The notes under the pieces: model-generated
Told to the model about the DNA's origin: nothing
Databases searched by the model: none
The model's input: the letters and a program-made list of their open reading frames with translations, nothing else
Made by a program: the position numbers and the translations under genes
NCBI GenBank assembly: GCA_963709445.1
Contig: CAVPWV010000014.1
Location: forward strand, 3,930-67,929
Source of the DNA: an uncultured Acidobacteriota bacterium
GTDB lineage: Bacteria; Acidobacteriota; Terriglobia; Acidiferrales; UBA7541
Length of the DNA: 64,000 nt
Direction: 5' to 3'
Shown here: in pieces, positions 9,537 through 17,103 of the stretch
Position numbering within the stretch: the first letter of the stretch is position 1
How the letters are laid out: every line of letters starts with the position of its first letter

Positions 9537-10187
9537 TTAGATACCGGCCGCCGTCATCAGGTGATGGAACCAGGCCGGTATTGCATAAGTCCTCTTGTTC
9601 AGAACATGGCCTAGTACCCGCCCCTTCGCGCTTTCGATACTCCGCTCGGCGTAAAGGATTTGATCCTTCTTTGTTCGGTTAGCTTCCACGACAAGAACGA
9701 CTCCGTCGACAAGAGAAGCCAATCTCACTGCGTCTTGCGTCTCGTTGATCGGAGAACAGTCAATCAGAACGTAGTGATGCTGTGCTCGCAGCCTGCCGAT
9801 GGCACAGGTGAGCGCAGCTTGCACAGCATGCCAGTTGTTTTCCTCATTATCGAAATTGGGTGCTTCCTGGCCCCGCCCTTTTCCATCAAAGTTAAGATTT
9901 ACGAAGCCATCGGGCCTGTGGGCGGTCTGAATCAGGGACCGGCAACTGACGGAAATCGCCAGTTGATCGCTGTCGTGACTTAATCCTTTGGCGAGCGTTC
10001 TAACTACTTCCGACACGCCTGCGCCCCGGTGAGGCGACACAAATGCAACGGCGAATCCTCGCTTGTTACCATCCGGCCGTTCCCGGAAGATATTGAACAG
10101 CAGTCCCTCACAGACAACTTGAAGCTGGGAACGTGTTCGCGAAGATGAGAACTTGATTTTGGCGAATTCGAAATCGAACATATGCAC
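9537..10187 (-). CDS. BY-kinase (CapB / Wzc C-domain)-like P-loop protein with degenerate Walker A and A' motifs
   Basis: GAGVSEVVRTLA sits where CapB has GAGKSTVVSNVA. LAISVSCRS sits where DxDxR is expected. Walker B-like HYVLIDCSP is retained. DGVVLVVEANRTKK...VLGHVLNKR. No C-terminal Tyr cluster. Confidence 0.7.
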   Translation of the reverse strand: MHMFDFEFAKIKFSSSRTRSQLQVVCEGLLFNIFRERPDGNKRGFAVAFVSPHRGAGVSEVVRTLAKGLSHDSDQLAISVSCRSLIQTAHRPDGFVNLNFDGKGRGQEAPNFDNEENNWHAVQAALTCAIGRLRAQHHYVLIDCSPINETQDAVRLASLVDGVVLVVEANRTKKDQILYAERSIESAKGRVLGHVLNKRTYAIPAWFHHLMTAAGI

Positions 10188-10202
10188 AGCTCCCCTTTTT
10201 CT

Positions 10203-11795
10203 TCAGATGGCCGCGTTTCTTCCGTTTGCACTGTGGATTGTCATAGTGGATGTTGGACCGTCAGGCGCAACAAGTCCCAGGGAACACGTGCGCCCGGACC
10301 TCCATGACATTTGCGGTACAGTCGCAAGCACGGGATAACGGGAGACGGCATCCAGTTCGCGTGGCGTGGCAATTGTGCTTCTGCTTGTCTCGGCGAAGTA
10401 AACCGCGCACATGCCGAGGAACACGGCGCTGACAAAACCTAGCGCTCCATACAGGAGCGGCTTGGGCCGTTCAGGCTCATAGGCCAGGGTCGGCTGCTGG
10501 GCGACGGCGACATTCAATAATTTGTGTTCGTCCATCGCGTCTTCAATTTGAGCCTGGTCGCGCTTTTGAGCGTAGAGTTGGTAGTTCTCCTTAAGTTCGT
10601 CTGCATGCGCCTGCAGTTCATTGAACTGTCCAGTTAGCGTTTCGAGGCTCGCGAGTTGCTGTTTAAGATCGCCAAGCCTCGAAAGCAATTTAGCTCGATG
10701 TTCCTGTGTCGCATGCCGTGCGATCTCATTCTGAATGTAGCTGGTACGTACCTGTTGCCACGCCGGATCGACGTTCGTTGTCTCCTCTCTCGATGGGCTT
10801 GTCTGTGCGTTATTCAGCGCGGCTCTAGCGGTTTTGATCTGCTGGTCGAGATCCTGCACAAGTCGATCGGTCGGCTTGTAGTTTGTCACCAAGTCAGTTC
10901 GCTTGTTTTCCATTTCGACCACAAGCGTACTGAGCTCCTCTACTAATGATTGGTTGGGCGATACTTTCTCTTCGGAAATCTGCCGGGACGGAACTGCACC
11001 GAGCTGGTGGGAGGCCGCAACCAGTTGAGCGTCCAGTTCGCGCAGGGCGGAGTCGGTTGTGAATAAGTCCTCATCGTCCTCGGTAATCTGCGTATTGAGC
11101 GTTGTTTCCTGATCTGGCAGCGAGACCAGTTGGTGTTCCTGCTGAAAGTCCACTAACTGTTTGGTCGCCGCATCCCAGGCTTGGCGAGTCCGCTCGGCCT
11201 CGGAAGAAAAGAATTCGGAGGCGCCTGCAGGTCGTTGCAGCCGCCTGAGTTCGCCAAGGTAGGAAGCCGACAAGCGCTCAAGAGTATCTCTCGCCTCCTC
11301 AGGGCTTTTCGCCAAAAAACTGACGTCGATGACGTCGGTCTTCCTCACGATGTCAGTGCTTAGTTTCCTATCGAATGTTGCGACGAGCTTCTCATGCTGT
11401 TGTTCCATTTCGGGAGTCCGTTGGCTCGGGCTTAAGCTCGCCCATCCAGGATCGGCCACTGGATCGATCACGTCATGGCTCCGCAGGATCTCTACTTGCG
11501 AATCAACCTGTTCTTCGGTCACATCATTGACTATGTTGGGTGATGTCGTACGTTCCGCACTGACCACAACATTTTCCCTCGTGTTTTGTACGAGGAATTT
11601 CATTTCCGATAGATATTGCTTGCGCATCAAGAGGATGGCGGCGAGTGTCATCAAGAGAACAATGGCCGTTATCCAGAAGAACAAGTGTTTCCTACGGAAG
11701 AACGCCTCGATGCCAATCCGCAGCGTCAAGTCAGATGCAGGGGTAATTACGGATGGGACGATTGCGTTTGCGCGTTGCATACGATCAGACTCCAT
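10203..11795 (-). CDS. Polysaccharide co-polymerase (PCP, Wzz/GumC-like chain-length determinant), kinase-less
   Basis: ORF 10203..11867. Two TM segments (LFFWITAIVLLMTLAAILL and LLYGALGFVSAVFLGMCAVYF) flank a ~400-aa coiled-coil-rich periplasmic region. The cytoplasmic tail TPRELDAVSRYPVLATVP resembles CapA/Wzc linkers. Likely start is Met25 or Met30 (11795 or 11780). Confidence 0.8.
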   Translation of the reverse strand: MESDRMQRANAIVPSVITPASDLTLRIGIEAFFRRKHLFFWITAIVLLMTLAAILLMRKQYLSEMKFLVQNTRENVVVSAERTTSPNIVNDVTEEQVDSQVEILRSHDVIDPVADPGWASLSPSQRTPEMEQQHEKLVATFDRKLSTDIVRKTDVIDVSFLAKSPEEARDTLERLSASYLGELRRLQRPAGASEFFSSEAERTRQAWDAATKQLVDFQQEHQLVSLPDQETTLNTQITEDDEDLFTTDSALRELDAQLVAASHQLGAVPSRQISEEKVSPNQSLVEELSTLVVEMENKRTDLVTNYKPTDRLVQDLDQQIKTARAALNNAQTSPSREETTNVDPAWQQVRTSYIQNEIARHATQEHRAKLLSRLGDLKQQLASLETLTGQFNELQAHADELKENYQLYAQKRDQAQIEDAMDEHKLLNVAVAQQPTLAYEPERPKPLLYGALGFVSAVFLGMCAVYFAETSRSTIATPRELDAVSRYPVLATVPQMSWRSGRTCSLGLVAPDGPTSTMTIHSANGRNAAI

Positions 11796-11887
11796 ACTCC
11801 TCCAAGAAAATCCACTAGCCCTCGCGATGGCTCCCGAGAGAACAGATGGAACAATCGTAAGAAGCAAGCGTTATTAAACCTGGTGCT

Positions 11888-12334
11888 CTAATGTAGTTTC
11901 GTTATATTCACGACGGTCGGCCCGGTTACAGTCTCCCTGTTGAACGCAACGGTCGCCGCGAATCCGCTTACACCCTCAGCGTCCCGCTCGACTCGCACGA
12001 CAGTTCCTTCGCCATGCAATTGCACATTGCTGCCACCCACTTCCACGGAGGGCAAGTAGACATCCACGTCCAGATGCCCGCCTAGGGGTGGCGCTATGTC
12101 TCCAGTGATGAAAACTCCTCTGTCGCTGATGTCTCGAATTGTGCCCTTGGCCTCTTGCAGTAACCCATCCGGGCGTTCACACGAGAAAAAAGCCGGCGCC
12201 AGAAGTCGATAGCGCCGCGACTTTCTAAGCTCCACCGCAACCTCAGCGAATGACAGACTCGAATGCTTAGCGGACACGGCACCCACCGAATTTTCCGACG
12301 CGATGACAATACGGGCGGTGCAGAAAGACGACAA
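11888..12334 (-). CDS. PilZ domain protein (predicted c-di-GMP receptor)
   Basis: RKSRRYRL (RxxxR) followed about 25 aa later by IRDISDRGVFI (D/NxSxxG). Beta-rich remainder. The start is uncertain (TTG at 12334, or in-frame GTGs near 12286 and 12277). Confidence 0.7.
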   Translation of the reverse strand: MSSFCTARIVIASENSVGAVSAKHSSLSFAEVAVELRKSRRYRLLAPAFFSCERPDGLLQEAKGTIRDISDRGVFITGDIAPPLGGHLDVDVYLPSVEVGGSNVQLHGEGTVVRVERDAEGVSGFAATVAFNRETVTGPTVVNITKLH

Positions 12335-12563
12335 GAGTCAGATCGTTTGGATGATTGAGTTCTCTAGCTCTCGTGTATTACGAGCAAGACGGCCCCAGAG
12401 ACCTGTAGGCCTTCAGGCGCGAAACGAACAAACTTTGGTTAGAGATGACCGTGGATCAGGGGGGGATGGCCTAGATACAAAAGACTAGGAGAAGAATTAC
12501 TCTAGGCTCCAGGTTTCGCCTGAATGCTGCCATTTCCCAAAATAATGTGTCCAAACATTAAAC

Positions 12564-12589
12564 ATGAGTTAGAAATCAATAGAACTCAT
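12564..12589. promoter_or_regulatory. Inverted repeat ATGAGTT-N12-AACTCAT in the PilZ / response-regulator divergent region
   Basis: Read directly at 12564-12570 and 12583-12589. The adjacent AATGT-N6-ACATT lies at 12544-12559. The region is AT-rich compared with its surroundings. Confidence 0.3.
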
Positions 12590-12703
12590 CGGAAATCGCG
12601 AATTGACAAGAAAGTCCATCGGACCGTAGGATCGGTACTGTTTAACTTCAGACCTTGTTTTTGAAAAAGCAAGTCCAGCCCTTGCAAACCGGCGTGGTGA
12701 CAT

Positions 12704-13444
12704 GTGAGAACAGCGTGCAGCTTGGGCGCAGTGCCTATCAGTGTAACCATAGCAGATGTGAATTTGATGGCTGCTCGTCTGCTTACTGATCAATTCAAGC
12801 GTCATTCTGATTTTGCGGTGGTCTCCTGTGCCGTCGATCGAGATTCATTGCTAAAGTCAGCGCGGGAAGCCAGGGCAGACGTCGCCATTATCAGCGCTGA
12901 CCTACAAGACGGGCTGTTGAGCGGCCTCGCTGCGCTTCGAGAAATTCTTCAGATAAATCCTGATCTGCGGGCTATTCTCTTATTAGACCGACCTGAACCG
13001 CAACTCGTGGTCGAAGCCATGCGTGCGGGTGCGCGGGGAGTCTTTTCGCGAAGCGACTTCGCTTTCGTCTCATTGCGCAAGTGTATCCGTCGAGTTTTCG
13101 AGGGGCAAATCTGGATAGGGAACACAGAACTGCAATACCTGGTCGACGCTCTAACCCAGTCGCGACCGCTGCGCGTCGTAAATGCGGACGGGTTGAATCT
13201 CCTTAGCCGACGGGAGGAAGAAGTTATGCGCTTGGTCGCCGAAGGGTTGGGGAATCGCGACATTGCAGATCTGCTGAATCTGAGCGAGCACACGGTGAAG
13301 AACTATCTCTTCCACATCTTCGATAAATTGGGAATCTCGAACCGCGTCGAACTCGTCTTATATGCAGTCAGCAACCCAAAAACGGTACTTCCCGCGGCTT
13401 CCGAGCAAGAAAAGTCTCTGCCTACCGCCGACCTAAACGTGTAG
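12704..13444 (+). CDS. Response regulator, REC + LuxR/GerE-type HTH (NarL/FixJ family), atypical receiver
   Basis: ISVTIADVNLMAARLL...DVAIISADLQDG...ILLLDRPEP...GARGVFSRSD, then LSRREEEVMRLVAEGLGNRDIADLLNLSEHTVKNYLFHIFDKLGISNRVELV. GTG start at 12704 or 12731. Confidence 0.85.
   Translation: MRTACSLGAVPISVTIADVNLMAARLLTDQFKRHSDFAVVSCAVDRDSLLKSAREARADVAIISADLQDGLLSGLAALREILQINPDLRAILLLDRPEPQLVVEAMRAGARGVFSRSDFAFVSLRKCIRRVFEGQIWIGNTELQYLVDALTQSRPLRVVNADGLNLLSRREEEVMRLVAEGLGNRDIADLLNLSEHTVKNYLFHIFDKLGISNRVELVLYAVSNPKTVLPAASEQEKSLPTADLNV
13188..13444 (+). repeat. Diverged duplication, copy 1 (HTH-coding 3' end of the response-regulator gene)
   Basis: Aligns by eye with 13600..13859 at an offset of about 412-415 nt. 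The alignment begins at ACGGGTTGAATCT and runs to the stop codon. Confidence 0.85.
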
Positions 13445-13516
13445 AGAGCGTCTGGTTGCGAGCTTCTATCCGCATCTCCCGAGGTGCTTCGTTTAGCCTT
13501 TGCCTATTTGCAAAAA

Positions 13517-13533
13517 AGGGCTTCATTTGCCCT
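13517..13533 (-). terminator. Small intrinsic-terminator-like hairpin oriented for the minus strand
   Basis: The minus strand reads AGGGC-AAATGAA-GCCCT followed by TTTTTTG (plus-strand A-run at 13512-17). The stem is only 5 bp, extendable with A:T and G:U pairs. Confidence 0.3.
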
Positions 13534-13599
13534 CTGGGTCGACCCCGTGTCGAGAGAAGTCATCGATCTGATCTGCAAGATGAGTCTCGCCAGACCCAA

Positions 13600-13859
13600 A
13601 CGGGTTGAATCTTCTCAGCCGACGGGAGGAGGAAGTCATGCGCTTGGTCGCTGATGGCTTGGGAAACCGCGAGATCGCCGGGCAGCTCGGTCTCAGTGAG
13701 CACACGGTGAAGAACTACCTCTTCCATATCTTCGATAAGTTGGGAATTTCAAATCGGGTGGAACTCGTGTTATACGCGGTTAGCAATCCGAAGGGGAGCA
13801 CGCCAGCACCTTCGCAGCAGGACAAGCTTCTCGCCGATCCTGTCGGGCGGCGTAGCTAG
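13600..13859 (+). repeat. Diverged duplication, copy 2 (HTH-only gene)
   Basis: Same as the previous entry. Nucleotide differences are concentrated at third codon positions. Confidence 0.85.
13605..13859 (+). CDS. Stand-alone LuxR/GerE-type HTH protein (REC-less paralogue of the C-terminus of 12704..13444)
   Basis: MNLLSRREEEVMRLVADGLGNREIAGQLGLSEHTVKNYLFHIFDKLGISNRVELVLYAVSNP. The frame opens after a TGA at 13581-13583. Start is TTG 13605 or ATG 13638 (preceded by GGGAGGAGGAAG). Coding constraint is described in the findings. Confidence 0.6.
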   Translation: MNLLSRREEEVMRLVADGLGNREIAGQLGLSEHTVKNYLFHIFDKLGISNRVELVLYAVSNPKGSTPAPSQQDKLLADPVGRRS

Positions 13860-14183
13860 ATACTCGGCACCTTCTTGATCAAACAACATCGTCGGGCGGA
13901 GGAAGGTGTCTGAACGTCAAAACACAGGTTCGGCCGCCGGGTCTCGATTCTTTTTGTTGGCCCCCTGGACTGAGCGCCCACCGTCTCCGTTCGTTGGTCC
14001 ATGTGGTCCGACGCGCTCACGATCCGTTCTTCCATATGCGAGCCATAAATCGACTGGGTTGCCTGAAAGCACCTGTAAGGCCCTCGCGAAATTCCGGGCA
14101 CGAGCATCCACAAACGGCGGTCACACGGAGGTAGTACAGACGCATTAATTCGGATTCAGCACATCACTGGTCGCCGTCGGATC

Positions 14184-15212
14184 TTATCGCGCGGCGGTGG
14201 ACTCGCGAACCACTCCCGCTTCGCCTCTCTCGCGAGCCAAATACTGATCGTAGATCCACCGGTATGTCGTCTCAAGACCCGTCCGCAGGGGGGTGCTTGG
14301 CTCCCAGTTGAGGTATTTCTGGATCAGCGTATTATCACTGTTTCGGCCATTCACGCCCTTCGGTGCGCTAAGGTCGTAGTTCCGCTGCAGCTTGATTCCG
14401 GCAATCTCTTCTACGAGGTCGACCAATCGATTGATGGTGACACCTTCGCTCGATCCGAGATTGATAGGTTCTTGAATTTTAGAAAACATAATCAAATCGA
14501 TTCCCTTGATGCAGTCGTCGATAAACATGAAGCTGCGCGTCTGATCTCCGGAGCCCCAGATTTCGATCTCATGCTTGCCTGACAACTTAGCCTCGATTAC
14601 CTTTCGGCAAATCGCCGCAGGTGCTTTTTCACGCCCTCCGTACCACGTGCCCCACGGTCCATAGACGTTGTGAAAACGGGCTACGCGCGTGTAGAGAGCA
14701 AAGTCCTCGGTAAAGTGCCGGCACATCCGCTCTGAGAAGAGCTTTTCCCAACCATAACCGTCCTCGGCAAGAGCCGGATAGGCGTCTTCTTCCTTGAGCA
14801 ATGGCGCCTCGAATGTCTTCTGCTTGTCGCCGTTGTAGACGCACGCGGAAGAGGAGAAAAAGAACTTCTCTACCCCGAATTTCACCGCGGCCTGCAACAT
14901 GTGCGTATTGATGAGAACTGAGAGCATGCAAAGCGCCTTATTGGTCTCGATGAATCCCATGCCACCCATGTTGGCAGCGAGATTATAGATTTCATGCGCG
15001 CCCTTGGTGGCCGCCTCGCAATTTTCTTTGAGGTTCAGATCAAGGGACAGATTCTCCACGTCGTCGAAGCGTTGATACCAATCATCGAAGGGTTTGATGT
15101 CGATTGCCCGGAGGCGATTGTGACCCTGCGCACGCAGGGAAGAAATCAAATGCCCCCCGATAAAACCGCCAGCTCCTGTCACGACGATAAGGTTGTGTTT
15201 GTTGTCGAGCAA
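14184..15212 (-). CDS. GDP-mannose 3,5-epimerase-like NAD-dependent epimerase (extended SDR)
   Basis: VTGAGGFIGGHL, NLAANMGGMGFIETN, FFFSSSACVY, YGWEKLFSE, ARFHNVYGPWGTWYGGREKAPAAICRK, IWGSGDQTRSFMFIDDC, GVNGRNSDN. These blocks match plant and bacterial GME as I remember it. Confidence 0.8.
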   Translation of the reverse strand: MLDNKHNLIVVTGAGGFIGGHLISSLRAQGHNRLRAIDIKPFDDWYQRFDDVENLSLDLNLKENCEAATKGAHEIYNLAANMGGMGFIETNKALCMLSVLINTHMLQAAVKFGVEKFFFSSSACVYNGDKQKTFEAPLLKEEDAYPALAEDGYGWEKLFSERMCRHFTEDFALYTRVARFHNVYGPWGTWYGGREKAPAAICRKVIEAKLSGKHEIEIWGSGDQTRSFMFIDDCIKGIDLIMFSKIQEPINLGSSEGVTINRLVDLVEEIAGIKLQRNYDLSAPKGVNGRNSDNTLIQKYLNWEPSTPLRTGLETTYRWIYDQYLARERGEAGVVRESTAAR

Positions 15213-15504
15213 AACATTACCTCCAAAGTTCGGACGTCCTCAGCTCCTATCCGTTGCTGACTCCTTCGGGAGTTGCTCAAACCGAGCATTGCACCGCAGG
15301 ATGATTGTAGCAGGGATTCTAATGCGCGTTGGGCGATCGATCCGCATCTGTCTCCATGGACCGAGTCTTTATTCCGCAGCGCATACTCGAACCTCACAGG
15401 AGGAAATCGAATTCATTGCTCTATGCTATTCTGGAGAATAGCGGCATTCCGCTGCTGTGTTTCGTCTCTAGGTGCTAACTGCTGCAATGGACAACGTTCC
15501 ATGA

Positions 15505-16272
15505 TCAGTCGAATTTGCGAAGCCCCAATTGTTCGAGGGCGATCCAAAACAAAAACTGTGAGCCATAGACGATATAACGACGCCAGAGGCGTCGGGGTTC
15601 CACGCTTAGCCGGAACAACCATTCGAGTCCGTGCTCGCGCATCCAGCGCGGCGCCTGACTGAGTTCACCGGTACAAATATCGAAAGCCGCGCCCACTCCA
15701 ACCAGCACCGACACGTTCAAGCGGTCCCGATGCTCATTCATCCAATGCTCTTGTTTGGGAGTGCTCAAACCAATCCAGACTACGTCCGGGGCAGCCTGCC
15801 CTATCTCGCGCACGACCGCGTCGTCCTCTTCCGGGGTCAAGAGACGAAACGGAGGTGCATAGATACCCGCTACTTGGAACCCCGCAAAACGCTTCGACAA
15901 TACGGAGGCAAGTTTTTCGGCAACACCCGGTTTCCCACCGTAGAAAAAGTGCCGATACCCACGCCCTTCAGTCTTCTCGCAAAAGGCCATCATGAACTCG
16001 GGTCCGTAGACACGTCGAGCCAGATTATGTCCGTTCAACCGGCCGAGCCAAACCAAAGGCATGCCATCGGGCACAACGAGGTCAGCGCCGTTTAGCTCAG
16101 CTTTGAATGCGGAATTGTGTTGCGCTTCCATGACGCCGTGCATGCCAGTGACTGCGATCCAGTGGCACGCTTCCCGGCGGTCAATCCATTGCTGCATTCG
16201 TTCGATGACGTCTGGAATTTGCACGACGTCGACTCGGACGCCGAGAGTTGAATAGAAAGGGAAACTCTTCAT
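15505..16272 (-). CDS. WecG/TagA/CpsF family glycosyltransferase (GT26)
   Basis: GADLVVPDGMPLVWLGRL, FFYGGKPGVAEKLA, PDVVWIGLSTPKQEHWM, VLVGVGAAFD, PRWMREHGLEWLFRL. Confidence 0.9.
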   Translation of the reverse strand: MKSFPFYSTLGVRVDVVQIPDVIERMQQWIDRREACHWIAVTGMHGVMEAQHNSAFKAELNGADLVVPDGMPLVWLGRLNGHNLARRVYGPEFMMAFCEKTEGRGYRHFFYGGKPGVAEKLASVLSKRFAGFQVAGIYAPPFRLLTPEEDDAVVREIGQAAPDVVWIGLSTPKQEHWMNEHRDRLNVSVLVGVGAAFDICTGELSQAPRWMREHGLEWLFRLSVEPRRLWRRYIVYGSQFLFWIALEQLGLRKFD

Positions 16273-16365
16273 CGTAGGATCTCAGCGAACGATCTTGCCT
16301 CCTGCCCGTAACCATTTGGATCGGGCAGAAGACGCAAGGTCACCCTGGAAGTTCGCGTCCAGATG

Positions 16366-17103
16366 CTACTTCACCAAGACATCGGTATTCAGCCGATAGC
16401 CCGCCTTTTGGGCGTCTGCGTGGAACATCTTTACAGTCTCAAGCGAGTATTCGGTTAAATCCTTGCCGACGAGCGGGAGCTTCTTCAGGATGTCGTTAGT
16501 GGCGGTGATTACGTGGCATCCAATTACGTCCGCCTGAAATATATTGAGGAGTTCTCGTGGACTTGCCCAAATGAGTTCCGTCCTAGGAGCCCTTCGTAGG
16601 ATTTCGACAGCTTCGGCCATGATGGGCACAGGATCACAGCCTGTATCAGCAATCCTTCCAGCAAAGACGGAAACATAGCTGGGAGGCCCCTGATGCAACG
16701 AGTCACAGACGCCCCTAATCTGTTCCAATGTGGTCAATGCCGTGACGTTGACCTTCACGCCGAGCTCGGCGAGGCGTCGGAGGAGATTCGCGGAAGAGTG
16801 CCCGCGTGTATTAGTCACGGGAATTTTGACAACGACATTCTTGCCCCACGAGCTGATCTCCAAGGCTTGGGTTTCCATCTCGGCGAATTCGTCCGCAAAC
16901 ACTTCGAATGAAACCGGCCGGTCCTTCACGATGGCTAAGATTTCCGACGCGAAGGCGCGGTACTCTGTGACGCCGGCTTTGCGCATGAGCGTGGGATTGG
17001 TTGTAAAACCTTTGATCAAAGGATTGGCGGACATTTCAAGAATTCCGGCACGGTCAGCTCCGTCCGCAAAAACTTTGATCTTCAAATTGCTAAGGGATTT
17101 CAC
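16366..17103 (-). CDS. Transaldolase / fructose-6-phosphate-aldolase family protein
   Basis: ORF 16366..17241. IKVFADGAD, IKGFTTNPTLMRKAG, VVVKIPVT (Schiff-base Lys context), VNVTALTT, VSVFAGRIADTG. Start trimmed to GTG 17103 because the longer form overlaps 150 nt of gmhB. Confidence 0.75.
   Translation of the reverse strand: MKSLSNLKIKVFADGADRAGILEMSANPLIKGFTTNPTLMRKAGVTEYRAFASEILAIVKDRPVSFEVFADEFAEMETQALEISSWGKNVVVKIPVTNTRGHSSANLLRRLAELGVKVNVTALTTLEQIRGVCDSLHQGPPSYVSVFAGRIADTGCDPVPIMAEAVEILRRAPRTELIWASPRELLNIFQADVIGCHVITATNDILKKLPLVGKDLTEYSLETVKMFHADAQKAGYRLNTDVLVK

Noticed and set aside
13523..13705. 60-aa minus-strand ORF resembling 12949..13293(-)
   Set aside because: The similarity simply mirrors the HTH duplication on the opposite strand. 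Both are antisense shadows.
13856..14148. 80-85-aa ORFs in the gap between the HTH-only gene and the GME-like gene
   Set aside because: They overlap each other on both strands, have poor composition and no start context. The region is treated as non-coding.
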